Source: Nitrosopumilaceae archaeon
GTDB lineage: Archaea > Thermoproteota > Nitrososphaeria > Nitrososphaerales > Nitrosopumilaceae
Length of the DNA: 64,000 bases
NCBI GenBank assembly: GCA_965203465.1
Contig: CBDBCR010000002.1
Span: 99,876-163,875, forward strand
Reading direction: 5' to 3'
The position numbers and the translations under genes were made by a program. The notes below the pieces were generated by a model that did no database searches, was not told the origin of the DNA, and saw nothing but the letters and a program-made list of their open reading frames with translations. Positions 19,789 through 29,121 of the stretch are shown here, in pieces (positions within the stretch are counted from its first letter, which is position 1; every line of letters starts with the position of its first letter).

Positions 19789-20260
19789 CAGTTAACCACA
19801 AAGTTCCGCCGGCGGGCGGATAATTTCCGATCGCGAATCGGCCAAAATGGGCAGAACGGCGGCAATCTCCAAAAGGCGTGCTCGTCCGGCTCCGTTCCGG
19901 GCGCTGCCCGAGCCGGCCGGCGCGCAGCGTCCCCGCCCGTCCAGGGCCGTCTTGTCGGATCAGCCGGGCGGCCCGGGTCCGGACTACAGAAAGAACGGCA
20001 TCGCCGCCAGCGCCGAGCGCAGCGGGATTGCAGGCTCGGGCCCCTGCGCGGCGCAGGCCGGGCGGCGGAGCGCGTCTGTAACACGTTGCACAGCATCATC
20101 GTCAGCGCCACGTACAGCACCCTCGGGCCGTGGAGGCTGCTGCGCGTCTTTGCCCGGATGTCTTCTATGACTGTATCCCGTCGGGCCTGTCCCGGGCGGT
20201 TCCTTTTCATGCAGGCTGAGGCGCCGTCCAAGACGCCCGTTTTCGGATCTTTCGGCGGGT
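19789..20260 (-). mobile_element. Degraded IS4/ISH3-like transposase remnant
   Basis: Minus-strand 20171-20076 encodes VIEDIRAKTRSSLHGPRVLYVALTMMLCNVLQ, resembling ISH3-family transposase C-termini; CAGTTAACCACAAAG at 19789 resembles an ISH3-type terminal repeat (from memory). Confidence 0.45.
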
Positions 20261-20293
20261 CCTGCAGGCGATCGCTTTTCGGGCCCGATCGGG

Positions 20294-21559
20294 CTATTGG
20301 GTCAACTGCACGCGGCAGGCAGAGCCGCACAGGCGGCTGGCCGCCGAGGACAGCTCCGATACGAGACCGGGCCTCCTTGCCTCCAGCGCCTCGGCCTCGG
20401 CCAGGGCCTCTGCCGCGCGCGTCCTTGCAAGCTCGGCGTCGGCACGGGCCTTTGCCGCGGCGGCCTCGTCCCTCTTCATCTCGCCTATGTCGGCCTCCTC
20501 CAGCTCGGATTCCAGCCTGCGCTTTTCGCCGAAATACTTTAGCACCTGGGATATCATCTCGTCCAGGCGCGAGGCCGCCTCGTCCAGGCAAGAGGCGGTC
20601 TTTGACGGATCCTTTACCGACATGTGGCCGTTCTCGACAGCCTTTTTCGTGTTCGAGAGTATCTGGGCTATGTCGGCCCTGTTTTCCTGCACGAACGCCT
20701 CGAGCGGCGATTCGAGCATGGCGCCGGCAAGAGAAAGCTGATCCTTGTCCAGCGACGAGCCGTATCTGTACTTTGAGACGGCCTTCGATATGGGGGCCGT
20801 CACGGCCCCTATCGATCTCTCCGTGCTTTTGCGCTTCCCCTCGAGGGATTCCATCTCCGAGAGTACGGCGGCGTACCTCCTGTACGTGTCCGTCTCCATG
20901 AACCTGGATGCGGCCTTTTCTTTGGCGGCCGCCTCGGCGTCGAGCTTTACCGCGCCCGCAGACGCCGCTTCCGCGCGGGCGCGCGCCTCTTTTGCGCCGC
21001 TCTGGCCGCTGCGTATCTGCCGGAGCAGCTCCGAGGCCCTGGCGTGCTCGGACTCGGAGGCCTCGTACATTTTCAGCAGCTCCGAGGCGCTCTTTGCGTC
21101 CTCCGAATAGGATTCGAGTATCTCCTTGAGGCGCGCCGCGTGCTTTTTGGCGAACACGTGTATGACCCGCGTCTGCTTGCCGAGCATGTCGCCCACGTGC
21201 GCCAGCGCGTGGGAAGAGGCCTTGTCGAAGGCGCGCGCCTCGTCCACCGACGAGACGGGGGGGACCCCGTGGCCGGCCTGCTTGCGGATGGAATCGAGCA
21301 CCTGCTTCTTGCCGCGCCTGACCACCGCGGCCACCCTGGCGTCGACGTCGCCGCCGAGCGGCTCGGACTCCATCTGGGCGGCGACCCTGACCATCTCGGA
21401 CATGTGGGCTTCCACTGCGTCGCGCAGGCTGCGCGTCCTGTCCACCAGCCGCCTCGCCTCTTGGCCCAGCACGCGGTCTATCTCCGATTCCACCTCGCCT
21501 AGATCCAGCACGCGCGGCTCGACGGCCTCCTCCTGCTTTTTGCGCCCCCAGCCGAACAC
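20294..21559 (-). CDS. Coiled-coil hypothetical protein
   Basis: 421-aa ORF with GC-rich codon usage, long E/A/K-rich heptad regions, MFGWG start and an upstream TTAAT element. Confidence 0.8.
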   Translation of the reverse strand: MFGWGRKKQEEAVEPRVLDLGEVESEIDRVLGQEARRLVDRTRSLRDAVEAHMSEMVRVAAQMESEPLGGDVDARVAAVVRRGKKQVLDSIRKQAGHGVPPVSSVDEARAFDKASSHALAHVGDMLGKQTRVIHVFAKKHAARLKEILESYSEDAKSASELLKMYEASESEHARASELLRQIRSGQSGAKEARARAEAASAGAVKLDAEAAAKEKAASRFMETDTYRRYAAVLSEMESLEGKRKSTERSIGAVTAPISKAVSKYRYGSSLDKDQLSLAGAMLESPLEAFVQENRADIAQILSNTKKAVENGHMSVKDPSKTASCLDEAASRLDEMISQVLKYFGEKRRLESELEEADIGEMKRDEAAAAKARADAELARTRAAEALAEAEALEARRPGLVSELSSAASRLCGSACRVQLTQ

Positions 21560-21657
21560 GGGCGGTGCGCCCGCCGAGAGTTGATTAAATGTGTCGGCGC
21601 CCCGCGCTCGGCACTCGCGGCCAACGCTTTAAGAGGAGCTGCCCTCCCCGGGCGGGC

Positions 21658-22093
21658 ATGGCGACGTACGCCGGCGCGGTGGCGAGGCGCGTGACGGTGC
21701 GGCAGACGCCCCGCATGGCGTGGAGGGCGCTCTCGGACATAACCGGCATGCCCGGCTGGGGCCGACGGCGTGGTCTCGTGCACCGCGCTGGCCGGGCCGC
21801 GCAGGGGCGTGGGCGCGAGGCGGCTGGTCCGGTTCGAAGACGGCCGCAGGATAGAGGAGCACTTTACCGAATGGGGCCCCCGCTCGTACACGTACGCGGC
21901 GGTCTCGGGCCTGGACCTGCGCGCGTACGTGGCCACCATGTCGGTCGGGCCGTCGCGGCGGGGCTGCACGATAACCTGGAGGTCGTACATGGCAAGCGGC
22001 CAGACCACGCGCGCGCGGTTCGAGGCCGCGCGCTCTGGGATGGGCGACTTTTACTCCGCGTCTCTGCGCGCCCTGGCTGGGATCCTCGAATGA
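21658..22093 (+). pseudogene. SRPBCC/polyketide-cyclase (MxaD-like) protein with a +1 frameshift at the G4 run 21758-21761
   Basis: MATYAGAVARRVTV..AWRALSDITGMPGW in one frame continues as ADGVVSC..RGVGARRLVRFEDG..IEEHFTEW in another; removing one G restores a single ORF. Confidence 0.7.
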
Positions 22094-22398
22094 GCGACAC
22101 GCGGCAGCTCATGGCGGGCGTGGCCCTCGTCTTTGCCGGGTTCGTGGTGCTCGGCGCGTTCGGCGCGCCGTACGTGGAGGGGACGATAGAGTCCGAAGAG
22201 TTTTCCGACTGCTACGACTATTCGCCCGACGCCCCGCCCGTGCAGGTGGACTGCGCCCAGCTCGAGGCGCAAAAGTCGGCCTTTTTCGCGCTCGTCGTCG
22301 GCCTGATAGGCGCCGGCGCCGTGTTCCTCGTCAGGGGCGCGCGCGGCAAGTGGGATCAGCAGACCGATCCCTCCGAGATGGTCGGCCCGTCTTCTTGA
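22090..22398 (+). CDS. Small two-TM membrane protein with an extracellular Cys pair
   Basis: ATG overlaps the upstream TGA; two hydrophobic helices flank a C..C loop. Confidence 0.75.
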   Translation: MSDTRQLMAGVALVFAGFVVLGAFGAPYVEGTIESEEFSDCYDYSPDAPPVQVDCAQLEAQKSAFFALVVGLIGAGAVFLVRGARGKWDQQTDPSEMVGPSS

Positions 22399-22479
22399 CC
22401 CGGCCTTCCGTCTCTTCGTCGCGCATGCGCTGTATGTACACTTCCTCGTAGGGCACGGCGCAGATCTCCGACTCCGTAT

Positions 22480-22716
22480 TTAAGCCGGATCTTTCTTGAT
22501 CAGCGTCACCGTCGAGCGTATCTTTGCGAGCTTTTGTATCTCCCACGCTATTACGCCGCGCAGATCCTCGAGGTGGCTCCCCTCCACCCGGACCATGATG
22601 TCGTGGGCCCCGAAGGTGCCGAACACGTCGGAGACCTGCGGTATGGCGCGCACCTGCTCTATGATCTCCTCCTCCGCGCCCAGCTCGCAGTTTATCAGCA
22701 CGTACCCGGTGGTCAC
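22480..22716 (-). CDS. Lrp/AsnC ligand-binding (RAM) domain protein
   Basis: YVLINCELGAEEEI..V...FGTFGAHDIMVRVE..L..VI...IQKL..IRSTVTLI; GTG start at 22716. Confidence 0.85.
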   Translation of the reverse strand: MTTGYVLINCELGAEEEIIEQVRAIPQVSDVFGTFGAHDIMVRVEGSHLEDLRGVIAWEIQKLAKIRSTVTLIKKDPA

Positions 22717-22742
22717 CGAGGCGCCGGCCGGCGGTTGGTATT

Positions 22743-23264
22743 TCAAAGTTGGGGTGGGCGGCAGGCCCACCTCGAGACGAAAGGCATCTCAAAGTCGCGC
22801 AGGCGCTTCTCTGATCTCTGCCCCTCCAGGAGCGCGTACGTCTGGCCGTCGTACGTGCAGACGCACGAGACCGGCTCGTCCGAGCGGTCCCACTCTTTGT
22901 AGAATTCGCGCAGCCTGCGGCCCGTGTAAGTGCCGGTGCCCGTCCTCTTTTTGGAGAGGAACTTGAAGGCGAACACCACCCTGCGGTCCCGGTAGGCGCC
23001 GAGCGCGTCGGTCCAGCGCCGGCACCTCGTGACCTGGTCGGCGGGCACCTGCAGGGTGGTGCCGGTCCCCGACTTTGCCTCTATCACGATCAGCGACTTT
23101 GAGCCGTTGTTGACGGCAAGTATGTCGGGCAGCGCCACGCTCGGCGAGCCGAGCCGGAAGCCGAGCCAGCCCTCCGAGCCGTTGAGCCGCTTTACCAGGG
23201 CGTCTTCCCACGCGTACCCGCGGCTCCTCCTGGCACGCGAGGCCTTCTCTGTCGCGCTGCTCAC
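22743..23264 (-). CDS. Holliday-junction-resolvase-like PD-(D/E)xK nuclease (Hjc family)
   Basis: RGYAWEDALVKRL, LPDILAV, VIEAKSG motifs; GTG start at 23264. Confidence 0.8.
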   Translation of the reverse strand: MSSATEKASRARRSRGYAWEDALVKRLNGSEGWLGFRLGSPSVALPDILAVNNGSKSLIVIEAKSGTGTTLQVPADQVTRCRRWTDALGAYRDRRVVFAFKFLSKKRTGTGTYTGRRLREFYKEWDRSDEPVSCVCTYDGQTYALLEGQRSEKRLRDFEMPFVSRWACRPPQL

Positions 23265-23377
23265 GGGGGGCCCTCGCCGTGCGGGTAAAAAAGCCCGGCG
23301 CGGGCCCCGGCGAGCTCGGGTTTGCGACGGTGCGCCTCCGGCGCGGGCCCGGCTACCGGGCGCCTTTCGGGAGCGGG

Positions 23378-24319
23378 CTAGACGACGTCGCCCTCCGGCG
23401 CGGCCTTGCGCACGAACGCCTGCGCCGGCGTCTCGCTGTTGTCCCAGTCGAGCGAGCGGTGCGGCTTGCCGTTGTACCATTCTACGAACCTTTCGACCGG
23501 ATCGCGGGGCTTGTCGGCGCAGAACGGGCCGCCCACGTGGACGGCAGAGCCGCCGCGCTGCCGGACGGCCTTGCCTGCAGAGGCGTCTATGAACCTGGGC
23601 AGCTTGCGCTGCATGTCGCCGTAGAACCGTCCCAGCTTGCCGCCGGTCTGGGAGCTGTTGGCGCGCGCGCGTACGTGCCTGATGCCGAGCGCGATCAGCT
23701 CCTTTTCGAACTGCGACGCGCCCCCCGCGGCGTTCTCTTTGCCGCTGGCGTAAAACTGCGGTCCGCGGCCGGTCATCACGGAAGCCGGCTTTCCGTGGCT
23801 GGAAATGGCCTCTTTCAGGACTTTTACGGCGTGTTTTCCGGTGGCCTCCTTGAACGCGCCGAACCCCACTATCTTGCGCGACGCGTCGTCCTGGTAGGCG
23901 ATGAACCACCTCCCGTCGCCCATCATCTTGTAGCCGGCGTGCCACATGGAGTTCGAGTACTTGCGATCGTGCCTGGCCTGCTTGCGCCGCCCCGTCTCGG
24001 ACTCGGCCCACGAGTCGCCGGACTCCCCCATCGTCCTGCGCACGATCCCGCGCGGTATATTGGTTACCCGCGCGTCCATCGCTCGCTTCTTGGCGTCTAC
24101 GCCCGCCCGCGCCGCGGCGGGCCGAGTGCCCCGCGCCCGTGCGGCCCGTTGGCCGGCCTGCCCGTGGGCCGGGGGCACCGCATGCCAATCTTGGCGTGCC
24201 CGTACCCCGCCCGCGGCTTGAACCGGATTCCGGAGACTTGCGGGTGCGGCTATGGCCTTTTGGCCCTTGCGCTTTTCGCGCATCGTCCGCCCGGCTTGGC
24301 CCTCGCCCAACTTGCGCAT
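23378..24319 (-). mobile_element. IS481-like (rve integrase core) transposase, degenerate or inactive
   Basis: YSNSMWH, IAYQDDASRKIVG, HGKPASVMT.RGPQF, F..EL..LGIRH..AR...QT.GKL.R, EWYN..PHRSL...TPA motifs; the three expected catalytic acids are all Gly. Confidence 0.8.
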
Positions 24320-24557
24320 GATGCGCGCCCGGCGACCCCCCGCGCTCGAACCTGCCGCTCTTGCGTACGGCCGACGCGCCCCTCTTCCGCTCCTGCACCC
24401 CGCTGCGCCCGTCCCCTGCTGGCTGCTACTTTGGCCTCCGGCAGTGCGTGCTATTTGTACACCGGACGCTGCGGGCCGAGCAGCGTCTCGACTACGGAAA
24501 GACGCCGTTCGCGCCGCGATCCGGGTCGGCATTAAACGCCGGGGCGCGAAAAACGGC

Positions 24558-24827
24558 CTACGGGTCTGGCAATATCCTGACCTCGGCGCCGTCGCCGACA
24601 AGCTCGGCCGTCCTGCCGGGGGCCGGCATGCCCGACGAGACGGGGCAGATGATGCGCACGCCCCCAAAGTCCGCTGCGCAAAAAACGCTGCCCCCCATCT
24701 CGGAGCATTCCACGACGGTGCCCCGGCGCGGGGCCTCGGCCAGCTCGCCGCGGCCCAGGCACGACGGGCACGTCGGCGAGTCGTGGATCCAGCGCGCCCC
24801 GCACGCGCGGCAGCCGCGCAGCATCAT
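24558..24827 (-). CDS. DUF35-type Zn-ribbon/OB-fold protein (thiolase partner)
   Basis: CxxCG..CPxC followed by GTVV; overlaps the thiolase stop codon. Confidence 0.75.
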   Translation of the reverse strand: MMLRGCRACGARWIHDSPTCPSCLGRGELAEAPRRGTVVECSEMGGSVFCAADFGGVRIICPVSSGMPAPGRTAELVGDGAEVRILPDP

Positions 24828-25915
24828 CTTCCGATCACCACCGCCGACGAGGATGTGCCTGCCGCCGCCATCGTGTGGACCAAGCCCGTGCGCGCCCCGT
24901 CCACCTGCCGCCTGCCGGCCGTGCCCGAGACCTGGAAGTATATCTCGGCCGCCTGGGCTATGCCGGTGGCCGCGAACGGGTGGCCCGCGCCGACCAGCCC
25001 GCCGCGCGGGTTTATCTTTTTGTCGCCGGCCTCGTGCATCCTCTCCAGCATCCGGGCGCCGCCGCGGGCAGGGGCCAGCCCGCACGCCTCGGCTGCCATG
25101 GCCTCGAGGGCCGCAAACGCGTCGTGGATCTCGGCCACGTCCACTTTTTCGGGCCCGATCCGAGCGGCCTCGTAGGCCCTCGAAGAGGCAAGCTCGGCCG
25201 ACTCGAGCCTGTCGAGCCTGCCGGCGCTCGCAAAGCTCGCACCCGTCGTGGCGCGCCCCACGCCCCGCACGAGGGCCGGGCCGCTGCCCGCAAGCTCTTC
25301 GGAGGCCAGCAGCAGGGCCGCCCCGCCGCTCGCCGGCCTCGAGCACTCGAGCAGGCGCAGGTCGGCGCTGACCCGGCGCGAGCCGAGCACGTCCTGCGCG
25401 CCGGCCGCCGCGCCGGGCAGCGCCGCGGGGTTGTCGCGCGCGCGCGCGTGGGCCTTTGCCGCGACGGCCGCTATCTGCTCCCTCGTGGCCCCCGAGTAGC
25501 GGCGGTATGCGCGCGTCATCAGCGACCCCCAGTACAGCGGGCTGGAAAGGCCGCCGCGCGAGGCGTCCCGTTCCAGCACGTGGCCGGGCCCGTCCGCGGA
25601 GTCGGCGCCCGCCACCAGGGCCGCGTCTGCCAGGCCAGAGGCCACGTACGCGTACGCGGAGACGAGCGCGTCTGCCCCCGAGCAGCACATGCTCTCGACG
25701 CCGTGGCTCGAGCCGGGGCGCAGCCCGAGGCACTCCGAGAGTATCGCGCCAGAGTACGTCCCCCCGCCGGCGCAGACGACGGCGCCTATCCTGCCGCGCT
25801 CGATCGCGCACGATCCGAGCAGCCGCGCGGAAGCTTCGAGCATGGCGGCGCCCGGATCCGCCGGCTTTTCGGAGAACTTTTCGACGCGCGCGCCGGCTAC
25901 CGCCACCCTCCTCAA
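24824..25915 (-). CDS. Thiolase-family protein (SCP2/archaeal type)
   Basis: VESMCCSG, AEIHDAF, INPRGGLVGAGHPFAATG motifs; TTG start overlaps the upstream stop. Confidence 0.88.
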   Translation of the reverse strand: MRRVAVAGARVEKFSEKPADPGAAMLEASARLLGSCAIERGRIGAVVCAGGGTYSGAILSECLGLRPGSSHGVESMCCSGADALVSAYAYVASGLADAALVAGADSADGPGHVLERDASRGGLSSPLYWGSLMTRAYRRYSGATREQIAAVAAKAHARARDNPAALPGAAAGAQDVLGSRRVSADLRLLECSRPASGGAALLLASEELAGSGPALVRGVGRATTGASFASAGRLDRLESAELASSRAYEAARIGPEKVDVAEIHDAFAALEAMAAEACGLAPARGGARMLERMHEAGDKKINPRGGLVGAGHPFAATGIAQAAEIYFQVSGTAGRRQVDGARTGLVHTMAAAGTSSSAVVIGR

Positions 25916-26856
25916 AAAAACTCGCCCGCCAAAAGCTCGAACGATTCGCGCACGTCGCCGACCGGGTTGAACTGTAGTATGGGCATGTCGATGCCGGCCG
26001 CGCGGAACCTTTCCAGCTGCGCCCTGCACTCGGACGGCGAGCCGCACACGGCCAGCTCGTCGAGCATCGCGTCGGTCACGCGCGAGGCCGCAGCGTCCAG
26101 GCCGGATTCGGAATACGCGCGCGCTATCCCCTCCACGCCGTACCCGAAAGGCTCGAGGAACTTCCTGTATATCGAGCCCACCGAGACGTAGAAGGCCAGC
26201 GTGCGCGCCGCGCGGGCGCGCGCCGCGCCGGCGTCGTCCGACACCGCGGTTATCAGCTGGCAGGCCACGTCGGTCCCGGTGCCGGCAAACCTCCCGGCCG
26301 CGCGGGGCACCTCGCCGAGCGGCCGCAGGTAGAGTATCACGCCGTCGGCCGCCTCGGCGGCGAGGGACATCATGCCGGGGTTGACCGCCGCCAGGTATAT
26401 GGGGATCCTTTCCTGGACCGGCCTGACCAGCAGCCTGAACCCGGACAGCCTGAAATGGCGCCCCTCGTAGTCTATCCTCTCGCCGGAGCAGGCCAGCCGG
26501 ACCACCTCGACGTACTCGCGCATCCTGTCCAGCGGGGCCTCGAAGCCGGCGCCGTGGAGGCGGCCCACGATGGCCGGGCTGCTCGTGCCGAGGCCCAGCG
26601 TCATCCTGCCGCCAGATATCCTGTCCAGGGTCGAGGCCCCCATGGCGGCCAGCGCCGGGCTGCGCGAGTACGAGTTGACGACCGACGAGCCTATCCGGGC
26701 CCCCGTGCGCCCAGAGGCCGCCGCCAGGACAGAAAAGCACTCCATGCCCCACGTCTCGGGCACCCAGACGTGGTCAGGCTCGGACTCTAGGGAATCGAGG
26801 CACTCGAGTATCTGCTCGACGCCCAGCAGCGATCCGAGGCTCAGGGCGGTCCTCAC
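25912..26856 (-). CDS. LLM-class flavin/F420-dependent oxidoreductase
   Basis: VWVPETWG, SRSPALAAM.A.TLD.ISGGR..LGLG, IPIYLAAV..ADG motifs. Confidence 0.9.
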   Translation of the reverse strand: MRTALSLGSLLGVEQILECLDSLESEPDHVWVPETWGMECFSVLAAASGRTGARIGSSVVNSYSRSPALAAMGASTLDRISGGRMTLGLGTSSPAIVGRLHGAGFEAPLDRMREYVEVVRLACSGERIDYEGRHFRLSGFRLLVRPVQERIPIYLAAVNPGMMSLAAEAADGVILYLRPLGEVPRAAGRFAGTGTDVACQLITAVSDDAGAARARAARTLAFYVSVGSIYRKFLEPFGYGVEGIARAYSESGLDAAASRVTDAMLDELAVCGSPSECRAQLERFRAAGIDMPILQFNPVGDVRESFELLAGEFF

Positions 26857-26974
26857 GCCGGCCGGGGCCGGGGCCCCCTAGTTTACCCTTGCGGATTGTG
26901 TGAAAAAATCTACACATCTTGTAAAATAAAACAGACCACCAACACTTAACAACGACCGCCTGGGGGGATCGGCC

Positions 26975-27787
26975 ATGGCAAAGAGGTTCCGCTCGCCGAT
27001 CGAGTACAGGCTGCGCCACGTACCCGTGAAGAGCATAATCGTCTGGAAGGACGCCCAGGCGCGCAAGCTCGACCGCGACGGCATAGCAGAGCTTGCAAAG
27101 TCCATACGCGCCGAGGGCCTCCAGAACCCGCCCCTGGTCCAGCGCGAGGGGCGCGGGACGTACAAGCTCATGGCGGGCCAGCGGCGCCTGGCGGCCCTAA
27201 AGCACCTGCGCGCAAAGACGGTCCCGGTGCTGGTCATAACGAAGGCCACCGAGTACGAGATAGGCGACGCAAAGGCCGCCTCGGTCATCGAAAACATACA
27301 CCGCAAGGGGATGAGCCAGCGCGACTTGGCATCCTCGTGCGTCTTTCTGGCAGAGACGATGGGCACGCAGGCAAAGGCCGCGCGCACCCTCGGCATGTCC
27401 GTCCCCACCTTCAAAAAACTGCACGGCTTCGCCGGGGTGCCGGAAAAGCTGAAAAGCCTGGTTCCGGGCACCATATCGAGGGACGAGGCCACCCGGCTGC
27501 ACGTGGCGATGCCGTCGACGACCAGGGCGGTGGCCGTCGCGCAGCGCATAGCAAAGTACCCGCCGCCAATACGGCGCCAGTACGTGCGGGTACTGGCCGA
27601 CAACCCGCGCATGGGGCACGCGGCCGTGCTCAAGCGGGCCAAAAAGATGCGCACGCAGCAAAAGGTGCCCGTCGTGCTATCCAAGAGGCAGGCCACCTTC
27701 CTCGACAGGCAGGCCGAAAAGCGCGGCATGGAGCAGGACGAACTGGCCAAAAGGATAGTCGCCGACTGGATACGCAAGCGCATATAG
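26975..27787 (+). CDS. parB: ParB/RepB/Spo0J-family protein
   Basis: ELAKSIRAEGLQNPPLV, LMAGQRRLAAL, ENIHR motifs plus an HTH region. Confidence 0.8.
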   Translation: MAKRFRSPIEYRLRHVPVKSIIVWKDAQARKLDRDGIAELAKSIRAEGLQNPPLVQREGRGTYKLMAGQRRLAALKHLRAKTVPVLVITKATEYEIGDAKAASVIENIHRKGMSQRDLASSCVFLAETMGTQAKAARTLGMSVPTFKKLHGFAGVPEKLKSLVPGTISRDEATRLHVAMPSTTRAVAVAQRIAKYPPPIRRQYVRVLADNPRMGHAAVLKRAKKMRTQQKVPVVLSKRQATFLDRQAEKRGMEQDELAKRIVADWIRKRI

Positions 27788-27816
27788 CTTAAATGCGCAT
27801 TCGGCGCTTTTGTACC

Positions 27817-27939
27817 ATGGCATCGGTCAACGAGCGGTTCTGGCGGAGCGTGGACCGGTACGCCTCGCGCCGCGACGACGAGGCGTTCCTCGGCGAGGTG
27901 GCGTACCTGATGGTGACGCTACACCGGCACGGCGCATGA
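27817..27939 (+). CDS. Putative 40-aa microprotein
   Basis: TTAAAT box at 27789, ATG 27817, MASVNERFWRSVDRYASRRDDEAFLGEVAYLMVTLHRHGA; antisense to the low-complexity tail of the next gene. Confidence 0.5.
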   Translation: MASVNERFWRSVDRYASRRDDEAFLGEVAYLMVTLHRHGA

Positions 27940-28585
27940 TCCGGCCGCACTCTTCCAAGTCCTTGTGGGAGTCGATCGACATCCACGAGGCGCCTCCGAA
28001 CTTTACGGCCCTCAAAAGGCCCGCGGCCGCCATGGCCGGGAACGCGTCGCGCTCTATGCTGCCGCGCGCCGGCAGTCTTTTCGCGGACTTTTGCGAGATG
28101 CAGTATATGCCGGCGTTCATCCAGACCCCGGGCACGACCCTCTTTTCGAAAAACCCGGTCACGCGCGGGCCGTCCGTCTCCACTGTGCCGTAGCCGGTGC
28201 GCATCTCGACGCAGGCCACCGAATCGGGCACCATCCTTGAAAGGTCGATGTCGGTGAAAGTGTCGCCGTTGATCACGAAGAACGGGTCGGGCAGGCGCGG
28301 CGCGGCCCTCTTTACCGCCCCGCCCGTGCCGAGGGGGCTCTTTTCTGCGAGCACCTCGGCGTCCATGCCGAACCCCCCGCGCGCCTCGACGTACCCGCGC
28401 ACCTGGTCTGCGCGGTACCCCGCGCACACGACCAGCTTTCCGACGCCGTGACTCTTGAGGTATCCTGCCTGCCATTCGAGCACCGGCGCGCCGGCGACCG
28501 GCACGAGCGGCTTCGGGAGGTAGTCGGTGACCGGCTTTAGGCGCACGCCGCGCCCGCCGGCCAGTATCGCCGCGCCCGCCGTCAT
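27827..28585 (-). CDS. NDP-sugar pyrophosphorylase-family nucleotidyltransferase
   Basis: ILAGGRGVRLKPVT..LPKPLV, PLGTGGA, VINGD, NAGIY motifs. Confidence 0.9.
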   Translation of the reverse strand: MTAGAAILAGGRGVRLKPVTDYLPKPLVPVAGAPVLEWQAGYLKSHGVGKLVVCAGYRADQVRGYVEARGGFGMDAEVLAEKSPLGTGGAVKRAAPRLPDPFFVINGDTFTDIDLSRMVPDSVACVEMRTGYGTVETDGPRVTGFFEKRVVPGVWMNAGIYCISQKSAKRLPARGSIERDAFPAMAAAGLLRAVKFGGASWMSIDSHKDLEECGRIMRRAGVASPSGTPPRRGTPRRRGARRTGPRSARTAR

Positions 28586-28636
28586 GCCCCGCTTTTTTTC
28601 GCCAACTTTATTAACTGTCTGGCAGCGCCGGCGCGC

Positions 28637-29005
28637 ATGCCGTCGGTGGCGATCGCTCTGGTCGGGATAGCCATAGCGCTTCTGGCGGTGTACGGCGCCG
28701 ACGTGGCGGCATCGCAGTCGGGCGCCGGGTTCTTGCCGCTCAGCGAGGCCGAGCGGGGCATGGGCCTGGGGATACCCTCGCTGGTATTGCCGTTCGCCGC
28801 CTACGCGGTGGGAAGAAAGTCAAAGTCGGCCCTTTTGGGGGGCATGCTGGTGGCGGCCGGCGTGCTGGTCATGGCCGGCGGGGCCGCCGTCCTGGGCGCG
28901 GATTCGCCCGATCGCGATCCGGCCTCGGCGGCCGGGATGCTGTTCGGCGGAGGGGCCGCGCACGCGGCGCTGGGCGCGCTGGTGCTGCGCAGCTCCAAGG
29001 GCTGA
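28637..29005 (+). CDS. Four-TM hypothetical membrane protein
   Basis: Hydrophobic segments; TTTATTAA box upstream. Confidence 0.75.
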   Translation: MPSVAIALVGIAIALLAVYGADVAASQSGAGFLPLSEAERGMGLGIPSLVLPFAAYAVGRKSKSALLGGMLVAAGVLVMAGGAAVLGADSPDRDPASAAGMLFGGGAAHAALGALVLRSSKG

Positions 29006-29121
29006 TGCCGCGCTGCCCCGGGTGCGGATCGGAGGCGGGCCGCCTCTACGAGTGCGATCATACGGCCGGCCTCTGCAGGGAATGCTACCAGGACCTGCAC
29101 TTTGAGATGACGCAGCCATGA
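29005..29121 (+). CDS. 38-aa Zn-finger microprotein
   Basis: MPRCPGCGSEAGRLYECDHTAGLCRECYQDLHFEMTQP; coupled by TGATG upstream and ATGA downstream. Confidence 0.7.
   Translation: MPRCPGCGSEAGRLYECDHTAGLCRECYQDLHFEMTQP

Noticed and set aside
22331-22470. Short minus-strand ORF VPYEEVYIQRMRDEE..
   Set aside because: It overlaps the convergent membrane gene and has no recognisable motif; insufficient evidence
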